DNA of 64,000 nucleotides from a virus. Its lineage: Duplodnaviria; Caudoviricetes. This document shows, in pieces, positions 1-10,887 of this stretch (its first letter is position 1; each line of letters starts with the position of its first letter). Position numbers and translations under genes: made by a program. The stretch is from the IMG/VR virus record IMGVR_UViG_3300012979_000043, positions 5,615 to 69,614 of that record. The stretch is one strand, 5' to 3'. The notes under the pieces were generated by a model. That model was not told where the DNA came from, made no database searches, and worked only from the letters and a program-made list of their open reading frames with translations.

Positions 1-687
1 AAAGGTGTTGATAATACTATTGAATTTTCAATTAGAAATCATGACAGAAAAGCAATACAAATTCCAAGCAATGGTAGTGTATTAAAATTTGTTGCAATTA
101 ATCAATCCTTGAAACAAAAACTTGAAAAAGAATTAATTGTTGTAAATGAAAACTTAGGAAGATACAAAGTTATAATATCAAATGAAGATTTAAAAAATTT
201 TGATATTGGAACATTTGTTGGTCATGTGTCTGTTATTTCTGATACAGAAGAATTATTATATTCTGGAACAGATTGGTACCCATATTTTAATGTAGAAATA
301 AAACCAAATAAATTAGAAATTTTAGATGAACCAATCATTTTAAATAACTTTAATAAAGAAGCAATTATTGATAATTTTGATGGAAATGTATACAATATAT
401 ATACATCATCTGTTATTGATTCTATGATTACACCAAATCATACATTTATTTTAAAACTCAATGATTTTAATGGAATAATATACATACAAGGTTCAAATGA
501 AGAAAACCCAGAACATAGAAATGATGATTGGTTCACAATTGAAACCATTGATTATACAAACGAAGAAGAAAGTTATACAGGTAATATAACAGTTTCAACA
601 GAGTTAAAATGTTTATATACACGAGTTCAATATAAAGTTAAAGATGATAATAAATCTATAATTGAAGAAATACAATATAGAAATTAA
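1..687 (+). CDS. putative virion/baseplate-associated protein (5' partial)
   Basis: Frame is open from base 1 (KGVDNTIEFSIRNHDRK...) into the listed ORF 109..687; family assignment is recall only. Confidence 0.55.
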   Translation, partial: KGVDNTIEFSIRNHDRKAIQIPSNGSVLKFVAINQSLKQKLEKELIVVNENLGRYKVIISNEDLKNFDIGTFVGHVSVISDTEELLYSGTDWYPYFNVEIKPNKLEILDEPIILNNFNKEAIIDNFDGNVYNIYTSSVIDSMITPNHTFILKLNDFNGIIYIQGSNEENPEHRNDDWFTIETIDYTNEEESYTGNITVSTELKCLYTRVQYKVKDDNKSIIEEIQYRN

Positions 688-2210
688 CGTCTGTGTTTAT
701 TTAACTTCCAAAAGTTATATCCACCACCAGTATTAAAACCATGTTTGTTTATTGATTTACCTTTACTGGACCAGGTTTCAAAATATCCTTGATTAAATGT
801 CAAAGCATTTAATATTGATTTGTATATTGGTTTTAGTGATTTATATTTAAAAGTTACAAATCCATTCTCTTTATTAAATCTATATTCTTTTAATTTTTTA
901 TCATAGTAGATAGAATATAATGGATATTCATTAGATTTATCTTTACCATCATCCATACTTCCAAGTCTAACAACACCATCAGATAACATTTCTTGTTGTT
1001 TTATTTCAGATATATCATCAGAGTATAATATATCACCTCTTGAATCCTTATTAGTGTTTCTATCATTGATTATTTTTTTGTTTTTTTCTATCTCTGTGTT
1101 AGAAAATGATAATATTGATGATACAACACCAATATCATTTGTGTATACAAAATCTAATTGAGGTGTATATGATTCAATATATATTCTATCATCTTCTTCT
1201 GAATAAACCTCTTTAATAGTATCAAAATAATGAATATTACAGTTGTTAATTGGACTTAATTCACCATTTATACATCTATATATATTATTTAATATATTTA
1301 ATTGTATTGGTTTATCTCTTGTTGTTATATATGTTGTTGGTGTTAATGTTTTATCTACTTCTTCTAATTGAAAACCAGATGCATATAAACTATATTTTTC
1401 AGTTGTTGCTGTTGATTCATAAAATATATCATTTTTTCTATTTAATATATTTAATTGACATCTAAACTGTGAAACAAAATCAAATTTTCCAGTAATATAG
1501 ATTCTATGATATATATTGTCATTTATTGTAATTTTTTCAATATTAGCAGACATATTAGATATCAATGATTTAAATTTATTCAAATGAGATGAATTTTGAT
1601 AATATGATTTATCAACAATCAATGGTTCAATAGTAGTTCTTGGGTTGTTATCATTCAATAAAAATGTTGCATAAATACCAACATTGTAAGTATCACTAAA
1701 TAAAGACAATAAAACATTATTATCAGAACTATTGTTTAGATTTTTTACATAACAACTAAAACACATTGTTTTCATATGTTTATTATAAAATATTTGAGAC
1801 ATACTATGTTCAACTGGACCATTTACTTTTGATTCATTCATTGTTTCTAATAAAAGCATATTTTGATATGTATAAGGTAATTCAAATGTATATTTTGAAT
1901 TTACATTTATATTATTTCTAACCCAATAATATTTTTCATCCTTGGTTGGTGTTTTTGAAAGTTTGTTATAATTTCTTTCTTTTGTTATAATTTCTGAATA
2001 ACATATATGGTTCTTTTTCTTATTATATAATGCTATATAATCACCTTCTTTAAATTGTGATTTATCTAATAAATCAATATTTTTGTTGTAAAATTTATGC
2101 AAAGTATTTTCTAATTTTATCCATTTAGAATTTGCATAAATGTATAAATCTTCATCATTAGATGGTTGAATAAGATTTGATGAATGTATTTTATTTATAG
2201 ATTGACTCAT
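684..2210 (-). CDS. hypothetical protein (possible virion protein)
   Basis: 508 aa ORF, no motif recognised. Confidence 0.6.
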   Translation of the reverse strand: MSQSINKIHSSNLIQPSNDEDLYIYANSKWIKLENTLHKFYNKNIDLLDKSQFKEGDYIALYNKKKNHICYSEIITKERNYNKLSKTPTKDEKYYWVRNNINVNSKYTFELPYTYQNMLLLETMNESKVNGPVEHSMSQIFYNKHMKTMCFSCYVKNLNNSSDNNVLLSLFSDTYNVGIYATFLLNDNNPRTTIEPLIVDKSYYQNSSHLNKFKSLISNMSANIEKITINDNIYHRIYITGKFDFVSQFRCQLNILNRKNDIFYESTATTEKYSLYASGFQLEEVDKTLTPTTYITTRDKPIQLNILNNIYRCINGELSPINNCNIHYFDTIKEVYSEEDDRIYIESYTPQLDFVYTNDIGVVSSILSFSNTEIEKNKKIINDRNTNKDSRGDILYSDDISEIKQQEMLSDGVVRLGSMDDGKDKSNEYPLYSIYYDKKLKEYRFNKENGFVTFKYKSLKPIYKSILNALTFNQGYFETWSSKGKSINKHGFNTGGGYNFWKLNKHRR

Positions 2211-2292
2211 TAGTAATATCCCATTAATATCTTTTATAAAATTATTTATACAATCTTTTTCATAAATAATTGTATAGATATTATATAAGGAA

Positions 2293-2880
2293 TTGATTAT
2301 GGAAAATTATGGTAAAAGTAGATATTTTAAATTTAAAATCACAAATCCTAATAAATCAGCATCTGATAAAAAGGCTGGTTTTATTGATTCTATGCCTTCA
2401 CAAGAATATGTGGATTTTGACCCAGAACTTGGAACATTAGAGGAATATGTTGCAAAAGGTTTGGGATATATTAGATGGTTGAATCTAAGTTTGGCATTAA
2501 GTAATTTTGGTATTTTTAGATTAGAAGTTGATTCATTGGATGGTGCAACATCTATTGAAACTCCTAATTCTATTGAATTCACAATTGGATATGAACAAAC
2601 AGATGCTATGTATTTAAAAATAGGAGATACAGTTTATCATGATATTGATGTATTAAAATATTTAACAGCATATGTTATGTCAAATAATTATTCATCTTTT
2701 GTTCATGTATATGATCCATCTCGTGATGATTTTGGAAAAAATCCAAGTTTAGAACGTGTTGGTATTGTAGATAAATTTTTGACAGCAGAAAAATTATGTG
2801 ATACAATTGATAGTGCTTATCCTTTTATTTCTATTGTTGAAGTAGATGGGTTAGATGGTGATGAAACTATTAAGTTTTAA
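2293..2880 (+). CDS. hypothetical protein
   Basis: 195 aa ORF with AGGA upstream. Confidence 0.6.
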   Translation: MIMENYGKSRYFKFKITNPNKSASDKKAGFIDSMPSQEYVDFDPELGTLEEYVAKGLGYIRWLNLSLALSNFGIFRLEVDSLDGATSIETPNSIEFTIGYEQTDAMYLKIGDTVYHDIDVLKYLTAYVMSNNYSSFVHVYDPSRDDFGKNPSLERVGIVDKFLTAEKLCDTIDSAYPFISIVEVDGLDGDETIKF

Positions 2881-2974
2881 TAATGGTTTATAAAAATATT
2901 ATATGACTATTGGAAAAAATATTGAATTCCAATAGTCATTTTTATATAATCACAAATGAAATGGAGAAACTTAT

Positions 2975-4081
2975 ATGAATATTGCATTTTTAACTTTTTT
3001 CACATCAATTTTATTATCTATTACTTCTGGTTTTTGTACAGTAATTGGAATTGGTAATATTTTTACATCTGCACCAATTACTACAATGGTGATTGCATCC
3101 ACAATTGAATTTGGTAGAGTTGTTTTAATATATGTTTTGCATCATTTTTGGAAAACAATGCCAATGATTAAAAAAATTCCCGGAATTCTAATGTTAATCA
3201 TTGCAATGTCATTATCAGCATTGGGTGTATTTGGGTTTTTTGCTAATGCATATTCAGCAAAAACAAAAGAAGTAATTCCAATTGAATATGAGATAAAAAA
3301 TTTAGAATCAAATATACCAATATATCAATCTGAAATTGATTTAAACAATAAACAAATAGTTGATATACAAAAAATAATGTCATCTTCATCTATGGATAAA
3401 GCAATTGAGAAATATATTGAAAAAGAATATGTTACAAAAGCATTAAATGTAAAAAAAGATTTACAAAAACAAATATCAACACTCACAAATAATAACAAAG
3501 AACTGAATACAAAAATCATTGATATAAAAAAGAAAATAACAGAATTACAAAAAGAGTCAGAGGAAAAAGCACCAAGTATAGCACACTTAAAATATTTTGC
3601 CAAATTGTTAAACACAAATAATGATACTGCTATTATTACATTTATTGTTATGATAATGTTGGTTTTTGATACATTGGCAATGTATTTAATGGTTACATCT
3701 GATTGGATAAAAATGGTATCAAAAGAAACTATTATTGAACCAATACAAGAAACAATTAAACCAAAGAAAACAAGAAAAAAACGTTCAAAGAAAAACATTG
3801 AAACAAATGAACCAACAGAAAAAATTATTGAGGTCATTGAAGATATTGAAAACTTGGAAAAAATTCCAGAAGTAAATGAAATTATTGAAGATAATAAAAA
3901 TAATATTGAAAATCGAGTATCAAAATTGGTAAAATTATTATTAGAGGATGACAGTATTATTGATAATCCTTCATTTATAAAATCACTATCTATAACACCA
4001 ATGATAGTAAATAAATTAGAAAAAGAATTGGGTTCTGATAGTGAAATTATCAAAAAAATTAAACATAAACTGAAAAAATAA
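2975..4081 (+). CDS. membrane protein with coiled-coil region
   Basis: Several N-terminal hydrophobic helices, heptad-rich middle, further TM segment near aa 220-240; GGAG SD. Confidence 0.65.
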   Translation: MNIAFLTFFTSILLSITSGFCTVIGIGNIFTSAPITTMVIASTIEFGRVVLIYVLHHFWKTMPMIKKIPGILMLIIAMSLSALGVFGFFANAYSAKTKEVIPIEYEIKNLESNIPIYQSEIDLNNKQIVDIQKIMSSSSMDKAIEKYIEKEYVTKALNVKKDLQKQISTLTNNNKELNTKIIDIKKKITELQKESEEKAPSIAHLKYFAKLLNTNNDTAIITFIVMIMLVFDTLAMYLMVTSDWIKMVSKETIIEPIQETIKPKKTRKKRSKKNIETNEPTEKIIEVIEDIENLEKIPEVNEIIEDNKNNIENRVSKLVKLLLEDDSIIDNPSFIKSLSITPMIVNKLEKELGSDSEIIKKIKHKLKK

Positions 4082-4099
4082 AAAGGTGGTGATATAATA

Positions 4100-4321
4100 A
4101 TGGCAGTTTATAAAAATAAAAAGAAAACTCTTGGAACAACAGTATATGTTATTGATAATGACATTAATCGTGCAATTTCAATGGTTAGACATATTTGTGC
4201 TCCAATTATTAAAGAGTATAAAGAAAAGCGATATTTTGAAAAACCTTCTGATAAACGCAGAAGAAAAGCAAAAGAAAGTATTCGTAAATTAAAGAGAAAA
4301 TTGCATTTTAGAGAATTTTAA
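4100..4321 (+). CDS. rpsU: ribosomal protein bS21
   Basis: V..NDINRAI...KEYKEKRYFEKPSDKRRRK matches the bS21 signature. Confidence 0.9.
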   Translation: MAVYKNKKKTLGTTVYVIDNDINRAISMVRHICAPIIKEYKEKRYFEKPSDKRRRKAKESIRKLKRKLHFREF

Positions 4322-4329
4322 GGTATAAT
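4301..4329 (+). promoter_or_regulatory. sigma70-type promoter for the SSB gene
   Basis: TTGCAT-17 nt-TATAAT. Confidence 0.6.
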
Positions 4330-4337
4330 CCTTAAAT

Positions 4338-4375
4338 AGTTGGTTGGGAAGAAACAACTTTAAAAATTCTTCCCA
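4338..4375 (+). promoter_or_regulatory. H-type pseudoknot in SSB mRNA leader (T4 gene 32-like operator)
   Basis: AGTTG 4338-42 pairs CAACT 4355-59; TGGGAAGAA 4345-53 pairs TTCTTCCCA 4367-75; A-rich tract follows up to the SD. Confidence 0.65.
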
Positions 4376-4422
4376 TTAGGTCAAAAAAATAATACAAAAC
4401 AATTAATACAAGGAGAAAAACT

Positions 4423-5706
4423 ATGGCATTGAATTTAAAAGAAATGAGAGCAAAAATGGAAAGTAAAAATTCTTCATCACAATTTCAAAATAATACAGGA
4501 AGTTCTGATATTTTCAAATTTGGTGATTTAAAAGTTGGTGATGAAGTTAGAATTAGATTTGTTGAAGATGCTGATACAACTAATTCATTCTTTTGGAGAG
4601 AAAGACATTCACGAACATTAAGATTTGATTCATTATTGTTACCTAATGGTTCAACAATGATGAAAGATACTTATGTTTCTGTTCCTGCTTTTAATCTTAA
4701 ATCTAATGAAACAAGTTTAGATGATTTACCACAAGAATACTTATATAAATCAAATGAAGATGTCATTCAACAAAAAATCAAAGGATTTTGGATTGATGGT
4801 GACAAAACTTCACAAGCATTATATAACAAGTTTGGTAAAAAAGTAACATATTTATTCCAAGGATTTGTTAGAAGTCCAGGTTATGAAACAAAACTTTATA
4901 GATTTGTTGTCAATAAAGAATTGTTTAATTTAATCAAAACATTCATGACAGATTCTGAAATTGAGGATGTACCTTGTGATGTAGTAAATGGTAGAGATTT
5001 CATTTTAAAAGTATCTGAGAAAAATGCTGTTATTAATGGTTCTAATACTAAAGTTAAAGACTATGTAACACAATCTAAATGGTCAAGTAAAGTTACACCA
5101 TTAACAGAAGAAGAAAAAGCATTTTTGGAAACTAATGGTGCATTTGATTTGAAAAAATATTTACCAAAACGTCCAACTGCTGAGCAAGAAACAATTATGT
5201 TAGAAATGTATAATGCTTCTTATGATGGCAACCCATATGATATTAAAAATTGGGCAAGCACATATCGTCCTGATAATATTAGGTTAGACCAAGATGGTAA
5301 TGTCAAGTTGAAAGAAGGTGATGCTACTGTTAATTTGGGGACAGAGATTCCACAATCTCAACCAATGCAACCAGTATATCAACAAATTGTTCAACAACCA
5401 ATGTACAACCCATTGATGGCAGGTGAACAAGTATTTATGGCTCAAATGGCACAATCTGTGCAACAACCTTTAGTTCAACCAGTATATCAACAAGTTGCTC
5501 AACCAATTGTTGAACAACCAAATTGGAATGGTTATAATACACCTGAAAATCGTCAAATGTTGGTTGATAGTCCAGTTCAAGTTCAACAAGAACCTGTAAG
5601 ACAAACTGCATCACAAATTGCAAAACCTGTCACAGATAGTGTTTCTGCAAATAGTGTTCCAGATAGTGTTTCAGAAATTATGAAAAAATTGAATTTGGGT
5701 GCTTAA
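4423..5706 (+). CDS. gp32-like single-stranded DNA-binding protein
   Basis: VRIRFVED..NSFFWRER, FQGFVR, GRDFILK...DY..SKW motifs; next to UvsX/UvsY; Q/P-rich tail. Confidence 0.8.
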   Translation: MALNLKEMRAKMESKNSSSQFQNNTGSSDIFKFGDLKVGDEVRIRFVEDADTTNSFFWRERHSRTLRFDSLLLPNGSTMMKDTYVSVPAFNLKSNETSLDDLPQEYLYKSNEDVIQQKIKGFWIDGDKTSQALYNKFGKKVTYLFQGFVRSPGYETKLYRFVVNKELFNLIKTFMTDSEIEDVPCDVVNGRDFILKVSEKNAVINGSNTKVKDYVTQSKWSSKVTPLTEEEKAFLETNGAFDLKKYLPKRPTAEQETIMLEMYNASYDGNPYDIKNWASTYRPDNIRLDQDGNVKLKEGDATVNLGTEIPQSQPMQPVYQQIVQQPMYNPLMAGEQVFMAQMAQSVQQPLVQPVYQQVAQPIVEQPNWNGYNTPENRQMLVDSPVQVQQEPVRQTASQIAKPVTDSVSANSVPDSVSEIMKKLNLGA

Positions 5707-5716
5707 TTTGATATAA

Positions 5717-5747
5717 TGGGTGGATTGGAAAAATCCTTTCCACCCAT
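5717..5747 (+). terminator. hairpin/terminator after SSB
   Basis: ATGGGTGGA...TCCACCCAT. Confidence 0.5.
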
Positions 5748-5780
5748 ACTTTCAAATAACAATATGAGGAGATTATAAGA

Positions 5781-6860
5781 ATGAAACCAATTGATTTAAG
5801 TAAATTTAAAAAGGGACTTGAAAAAAGTTCTATGTCTATTTCTGTTGGATTTAGAGACCCCAAAACATGGATTCATACAGGAAACTATGGATTAAACTAT
5901 CGTGTTAGTGGTGATTTTAAAAAGGGATTCCCATTAGAAGGGAAAATGACCTTATTAGCAGGAGAAAGTGGAACAGGTAAATCTTATTTAGCATCAGGAA
6001 ACATTGTTAAATGGTGTCAAGATAATGGTGTATTACCTATTATTATTGATACAGAAAATGCATTGGATGAAACATGGATGAAGAATTTTGGTATTGATCC
6101 AGATGGTTATATTATGAAAATTTCTGCTGCAATGCTAGATGATATTGCTAAAATTATGTCAGATTTTATTTCTGAATATAAAAGTAATTATGGTTCAGTA
6201 GATTATGATGAAAGACCTAAAGTATTGTTTGTTGTTGACTCATTGGGTATGGCAATTACACCAACTGAATCAGAACAATTTGATAAAGGTGATATGAAGG
6301 GTGATATGGGTAGAAAACAAAAACAAATTTATTCTATCTGTAGAAACTTTATTGCATCATGTGGTTCAGAACCAATTGGTTTATTGGCAACACAACACAC
6401 ATATGTAAGTCAAGATATGTTTAACCCTGATGCAAAGATTGCAGGTGGTTCTGGGTTAGAATTTACACCATCTGTTATTATTGCAATGACTAAACGTAAA
6501 TTAAAAGAAGATGAAGATGGAAATAAAACATCTGATGTAAAAGGTATTAAAGTATCAGCAATGGTTAGAAAAACCCGTTATGCTCAACCATTCCAACCTG
6601 TTAACTTTAATATCCCTTGGGATACGGGTATGGATGCATATAGTGGACTATTTGAATTATTTACAGAATCTGTTAAAGTCAATGGACAACCATTACTTCA
6701 AAAAGAAGGTAATCAATATGCATACTATTCTTTAAAAACAGGTGAACAAGTATTTAAAAAGTTTAGAAAGAATATTGAAAATACTGATTATGATTTAATT
6801 ATGAATGATTATTCTGAATATCAAAATGAACCTAAATCAGAAATGATTGAAACAGAATAA
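5781..6860 (+). CDS. uvsX: UvsX/RecA-like recombinase
   Basis: Walker A AGESGTGKS, IIDTENA, VVDSLG, GDMGRK. Confidence 0.92.
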   Translation: MKPIDLSKFKKGLEKSSMSISVGFRDPKTWIHTGNYGLNYRVSGDFKKGFPLEGKMTLLAGESGTGKSYLASGNIVKWCQDNGVLPIIIDTENALDETWMKNFGIDPDGYIMKISAAMLDDIAKIMSDFISEYKSNYGSVDYDERPKVLFVVDSLGMAITPTESEQFDKGDMKGDMGRKQKQIYSICRNFIASCGSEPIGLLATQHTYVSQDMFNPDAKIAGGSGLEFTPSVIIAMTKRKLKEDEDGNKTSDVKGIKVSAMVRKTRYAQPFQPVNFNIPWDTGMDAYSGLFELFTESVKVNGQPLLQKEGNQYAYYSLKTGEQVFKKFRKNIENTDYDLIMNDYSEYQNEPKSEMIETE

Positions 6861-6901
6861 TAAATAAGTGGCAGATAATCTTAAAAATGGAGAAATAAAA
6901 A

Positions 6902-7135
6902 ATGACAATAGAACAAGTTTATCACATATTAGTATTGATGTTAGAATACATTAATAATAAAGAAAGAGAGTCTGCCTTATTTGCTTTGTTGGATTTAGTA
7001 TATGAAAATGATGTATGTGATATTGTAGAATTAAAAGAGTATGCTGAATCTGAAGAAAATGATTGGGTTGCTAAAAAAATCAACACATATCTTAAGCAAA
7101 ATGGTTTAGATGAAGAAGATGAGGAAGAATGGTAA
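6902..7135 (+). CDS. hypothetical acidic protein
   Basis: 77 aa ORF with GGAG SD between uvsX and uvsY. Confidence 0.7.
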   Translation: MTIEQVYHILVLMLEYINNKERESALFALLDLVYENDVCDIVELKEYAESEENDWVAKKINTYLKQNGLDEEDEEEW

Positions 7136-7597
7136 ATGACAAATGAATATTTTCAATCAGTAAAGAAAGATGAATCAACATTACCACAGGCATTAGAATA
7201 TTTTAATAATGAATATGAAGAAGCAAGAGAAGAAGTGAAAATCAAGGGGTCTTTGACAGAATGTGTATCTAAAATTTCATCAAGATATGAATATAGAGTA
7301 TCACAATTACAAGAAATTGAGGCAATTTTAAAACATTTTGAAATTAAATTGAGTCAAAGAAAATCAGCATTATATCAGAAGTTTTTAGAAAACTATAATA
7401 GAAGTCTGTCAAGCACTGATATTAAAATTTATATTGAGGGAAACCCAGAAATATGTGCAATTCAACAAATTTTAAATGAAATTGCATTAGTTAGGAATAA
7501 GTATTTGGGTCTAACAAAAGGATTTGAAACAGCAAACTATCAATTATCTAATTTATCAAAATTATATGCTGCTGGTGTTGATGGTGTCCAAATATAA
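7136..7597 (+). CDS. uvsY: UvsY-like recombination mediator
   Basis: LENYNRSLSSTDIKIYIEG...RNKYLGLTKGFE...LSNLSKL..AG; position after uvsX. Confidence 0.75.
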   Translation: MTNEYFQSVKKDESTLPQALEYFNNEYEEAREEVKIKGSLTECVSKISSRYEYRVSQLQEIEAILKHFEIKLSQRKSALYQKFLENYNRSLSSTDIKIYIEGNPEICAIQQILNEIALVRNKYLGLTKGFETANYQLSNLSKLYAAGVDGVQI

Positions 7598-7660
7598 TTA
7601 TTTTAAGTAAAAATTAAATATAAATATTTGTATAAACAAATTTTTTATGGAGAATAAAAT

Positions 7661-9712
7661 ATGGCAGTTAGAATACAATTAAGAAGAGATACACAAGCAA
7701 ATTGGGAATCTCATAATCCTATTTTATCAAGTGGTGAAATGGGTATTGAAACAGATACAAATGAATTTAAATTTGGTAATGGAACAGATGCATGGAATGA
7801 CTTATCATATGTAAAAACAACCATTGAATCAACACCATCAGAACCATCAGAACCAATTGATCAAGAATTAATCAATGATGTGAATGAAATTAAAAAAGTG
7901 TTAACCATTGAATCCAAAGGTGCAACATTTGTAACATTACATGATGGATTTGCAACAGATTATAAAAGTGGTCATCCTACTTTATCACTTGATACAACGT
8001 GGCCGGGTTTTGGGTCAGCAGAATATATATTAAATACAGAAGTTTCTAAAACTGTTGATATTCACACACATTGGTATTCAAGTGATATCAATAGTGTTTT
8101 ATATGCATTTGTTGATGAAGATAACAAGTATATTAAAAAAGTTTTTGTTAAAGATGTAGGTGGTCAAAGTAAGGTTCATTTAGACTATAATGGTGAAAAT
8201 ATTGAGATACCAGAAGGTGCTACAAGACTTTTTATAAACTGTAAAATTTCAAACAATCCAAGTGGATATGAAGAATTTAATGGTGTAATACCAACATGTT
8301 CATCAGAGACTATAACAGAATTAATTGATATTAAAGATTGTTTATCAACAGTATATAAAGCACAATATGTTACAGAAGCAGATGGGTTTTATCACGTTAA
8401 TGGATCAAATATGGTATATTTAAACACAAGTAATCCAATATTTCTTGAAAATTATAAGGGTTATGTTTATGATGTTTCAAATATCCTTAGTGTTGATATA
8501 ACAACCCACTGGAAATCATCAGATAATTCCTGTTATGTTTGGTTTTTTGCAGATGAATTAGGAAATATCATTAAATCATTATCATTAGGTGCTGCTGGTG
8601 CTGTTGCAGGTGAACAATTTACTTATAGTGCTAATGTTCAAGTTCCTGCAGGTTCAAAATATGTTTATATTAACGCACGAAAATCTGGTAATTTGGATTC
8701 ATCATTGGATGGTGTCCCTGCAACTTGTACTTCGGATGAAGTTTTAAAATTATATACTATGAAAGATTTAGATCAAAGAGTTAAAAATTTAGAAGGTAAT
8801 TCTGGAAGTTCAGAAGGAACAACAAGTAATGGTTATTCCAAAAAAATAAAAATCTTATTTATTGGTAACTCAATGACACAAGATTGTACAAGTTATGTTC
8901 CATTAATTTTGAGAAATTTAGCACCAGAATTAGATTTCACAATCTATAATTGGTATCATGCATCATATACATTAGCACAACATTTAGCAGATTGGAAAGC
9001 AGGAATTGGTGCAAATATTTTATCTTTAGCACAAAATACACACACTTGGAGTTCTGTAAACAAATTAATGCCAGATTTATTAAAAGAAAAATTTGATATT
9101 ATTGTTTTACAAGAATACTTTAATCCAAACAGAATGCCAACATATGATGATGCAGCATTTGCAACATATGAAGAAGTTGTAAATTATATTCAAGATAATC
9201 ATACAACACCATTTGAATTGGCAACATTATTCCATCAACCACATAGAACAGATGCATCAAATAATATGGATGAAATCTATAAAACAACTTATGATGGAAT
9301 TATCAGACAATTAAGAGAAACACCTACACTTTCAGTTATTCCATCTGGTATTGCTATGTATTATGCTTGTAAAGATGAAGAATTAAATGCATTGGGTTCA
9401 GCAGGTGGTTTATCACCAGATGGTATTCATGCACAAGAAGGATTGCCTTGTATGATTCAAGCATATGTAACTGCACAATGGATTTTAGAAAAAGTTGCAA
9501 TTGGAAGATCAATTTTAAATGATTCAACAAGAGTAACAGCATCTAATTACCCATCAATTAATGTTCCAGGTGCTAATGGTTCTGTTGTTGAAGGGACTGA
9601 TTCTCAATACAGAAAAGCACAACGTTTAGCAATGAAAGCAATTAAAATTGGTAAACATATGAATAATACTGCATTTTCTGAAATTGAATCAGAAGAAACT
9701 GCATCTGAATAA
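7661..9712 (+). CDS. tail spike: Mtd-N/hyaluronidase-type anchor plus C-terminal SGNH hydrolase
   Basis: N-terminal IQLRRDT.ANW..NPIL..GEMGIETDT..FKFGNG; ILFIGNS, IVLQE and DGIH motifs. Confidence 0.75.
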   Translation: MAVRIQLRRDTQANWESHNPILSSGEMGIETDTNEFKFGNGTDAWNDLSYVKTTIESTPSEPSEPIDQELINDVNEIKKVLTIESKGATFVTLHDGFATDYKSGHPTLSLDTTWPGFGSAEYILNTEVSKTVDIHTHWYSSDINSVLYAFVDEDNKYIKKVFVKDVGGQSKVHLDYNGENIEIPEGATRLFINCKISNNPSGYEEFNGVIPTCSSETITELIDIKDCLSTVYKAQYVTEADGFYHVNGSNMVYLNTSNPIFLENYKGYVYDVSNILSVDITTHWKSSDNSCYVWFFADELGNIIKSLSLGAAGAVAGEQFTYSANVQVPAGSKYVYINARKSGNLDSSLDGVPATCTSDEVLKLYTMKDLDQRVKNLEGNSGSSEGTTSNGYSKKIKILFIGNSMTQDCTSYVPLILRNLAPELDFTIYNWYHASYTLAQHLADWKAGIGANILSLAQNTHTWSSVNKLMPDLLKEKFDIIVLQEYFNPNRMPTYDDAAFATYEEVVNYIQDNHTTPFELATLFHQPHRTDASNNMDEIYKTTYDGIIRQLRETPTLSVIPSGIAMYYACKDEELNALGSAGGLSPDGIHAQEGLPCMIQAYVTAQWILEKVAIGRSILNDSTRVTASNYPSINVPGANGSVVEGTDSQYRKAQRLAMKAIKIGKHMNNTAFSEIESEETASE

Positions 9713-9728
9713 AATAATAAAACAAATA

Positions 9729-9759
9729 AAAAGACTTGGTATTTCTACCAAGTCTTTTT
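9729..9759. terminator. bidirectional intrinsic terminator
   Basis: AAAAGACTTGGT-atttct-ACCAAGTCTTTTT between convergent genes. Confidence 0.8.
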
Positions 9760-9780
9760 TAATATTTAAATTATAAAAAA

Positions 9781-10710
9781 TTATAATTCTTCTTGTTCTG
9801 TTGTTGCAGCATCACCACCATCTAATGTTTCTGTTGGTTCAGTTGCAGCATCACCACCATCTAAACTTGTTACAGCAGGTGTTTCTGATTTTTCAAAATA
9901 ATGATATTGAATTGTTTTACCACCATTTTCAATACCAAATTCTGGTTCTAATGTAGTAGCAGCTCTAACATATTTGTATGTTGATGGAACTTTTACATGA
10001 GCTTCTGTTGTTGTTGATGTTATAATTGCCATTTTTGACAATGATTCATCAATTTCAATTTTATTACTTGTCAATGTATTTAAAGCACCATTGATACCTT
10101 CATACATTTCTAATGGGTTTTGATCTGCATCATAGAATAAGAATGTTGCATAACCACCACCACTAAAATCATATAAGTCAGCATCAAAAATGACACCACC
10201 TTCTTTTAATTCAACTGGTTCTGTGATTACGCGCACAGGAATTGTAGTTGTATTACCTGATTCTAAACTTGTTACAGAACCAGCAGTTGAACCGGCAACA
10301 GATGGTTTACTAGAATCATAAATATATGTGTTGTTACTTAACAAATTACCACGAACAACATTTACTAAATATTTTTTTGTTTCAATACTTCCAATGCTAA
10401 CAGTTTCATCAGCAAATTTGATTTCATTATCTTCTGTTAATTCATATGAATAAATGCCTTTTGATGTAACAAAAATATTTTTTGTAATTTTTAATACTGG
10501 TACATCTTCATCATTAATAGATAGTGATAATTTTACATCATAATCATTTGTATAAGAATCAGATAAACGAACAACATTTCTTCCTTCTTCACCAGAAATC
10601 AAATATTTGTTATAACCAACTTGTTTACCTAAAACAACACTTGAACCATCCTTCTTTGTTGCAGATAAGTTCATTTTTTCTAATGTTTCTTTTCTTAATG
10701 GTCTTCCCAT
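9781..10710 (-). CDS. putative virion protein
   Basis: MGRPL start seen in myovirus structural proteins; C-terminal LDGGDAAT duplicated. Confidence 0.6.
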   Translation of the reverse strand: MGRPLRKETLEKMNLSATKKDGSSVVLGKQVGYNKYLISGEEGRNVVRLSDSYTNDYDVKLSLSINDEDVPVLKITKNIFVTSKGIYSYELTEDNEIKFADETVSIGSIETKKYLVNVVRGNLLSNNTYIYDSSKPSVAGSTAGSVTSLESGNTTTIPVRVITEPVELKEGGVIFDADLYDFSGGGYATFLFYDADQNPLEMYEGINGALNTLTSNKIEIDESLSKMAIITSTTTEAHVKVPSTYKYVRAATTLEPEFGIENGGKTIQYHYFEKSETPAVTSLDGGDAATEPTETLDGGDAATTEQEEL

Positions 10711-10887
10711 AATATTCTCCTTAAATAATTTATACAGATAACAAATTATTTTATTATCTGTATATTATTTATTATATATACATACAATAAATAGAAGATA
10801 AACAATCAATCACCCACAATTATTATTGACATATTATATTTTTAATATTAATATGTTTCATATCTATTATAAAAAGGAGAAAAAATA

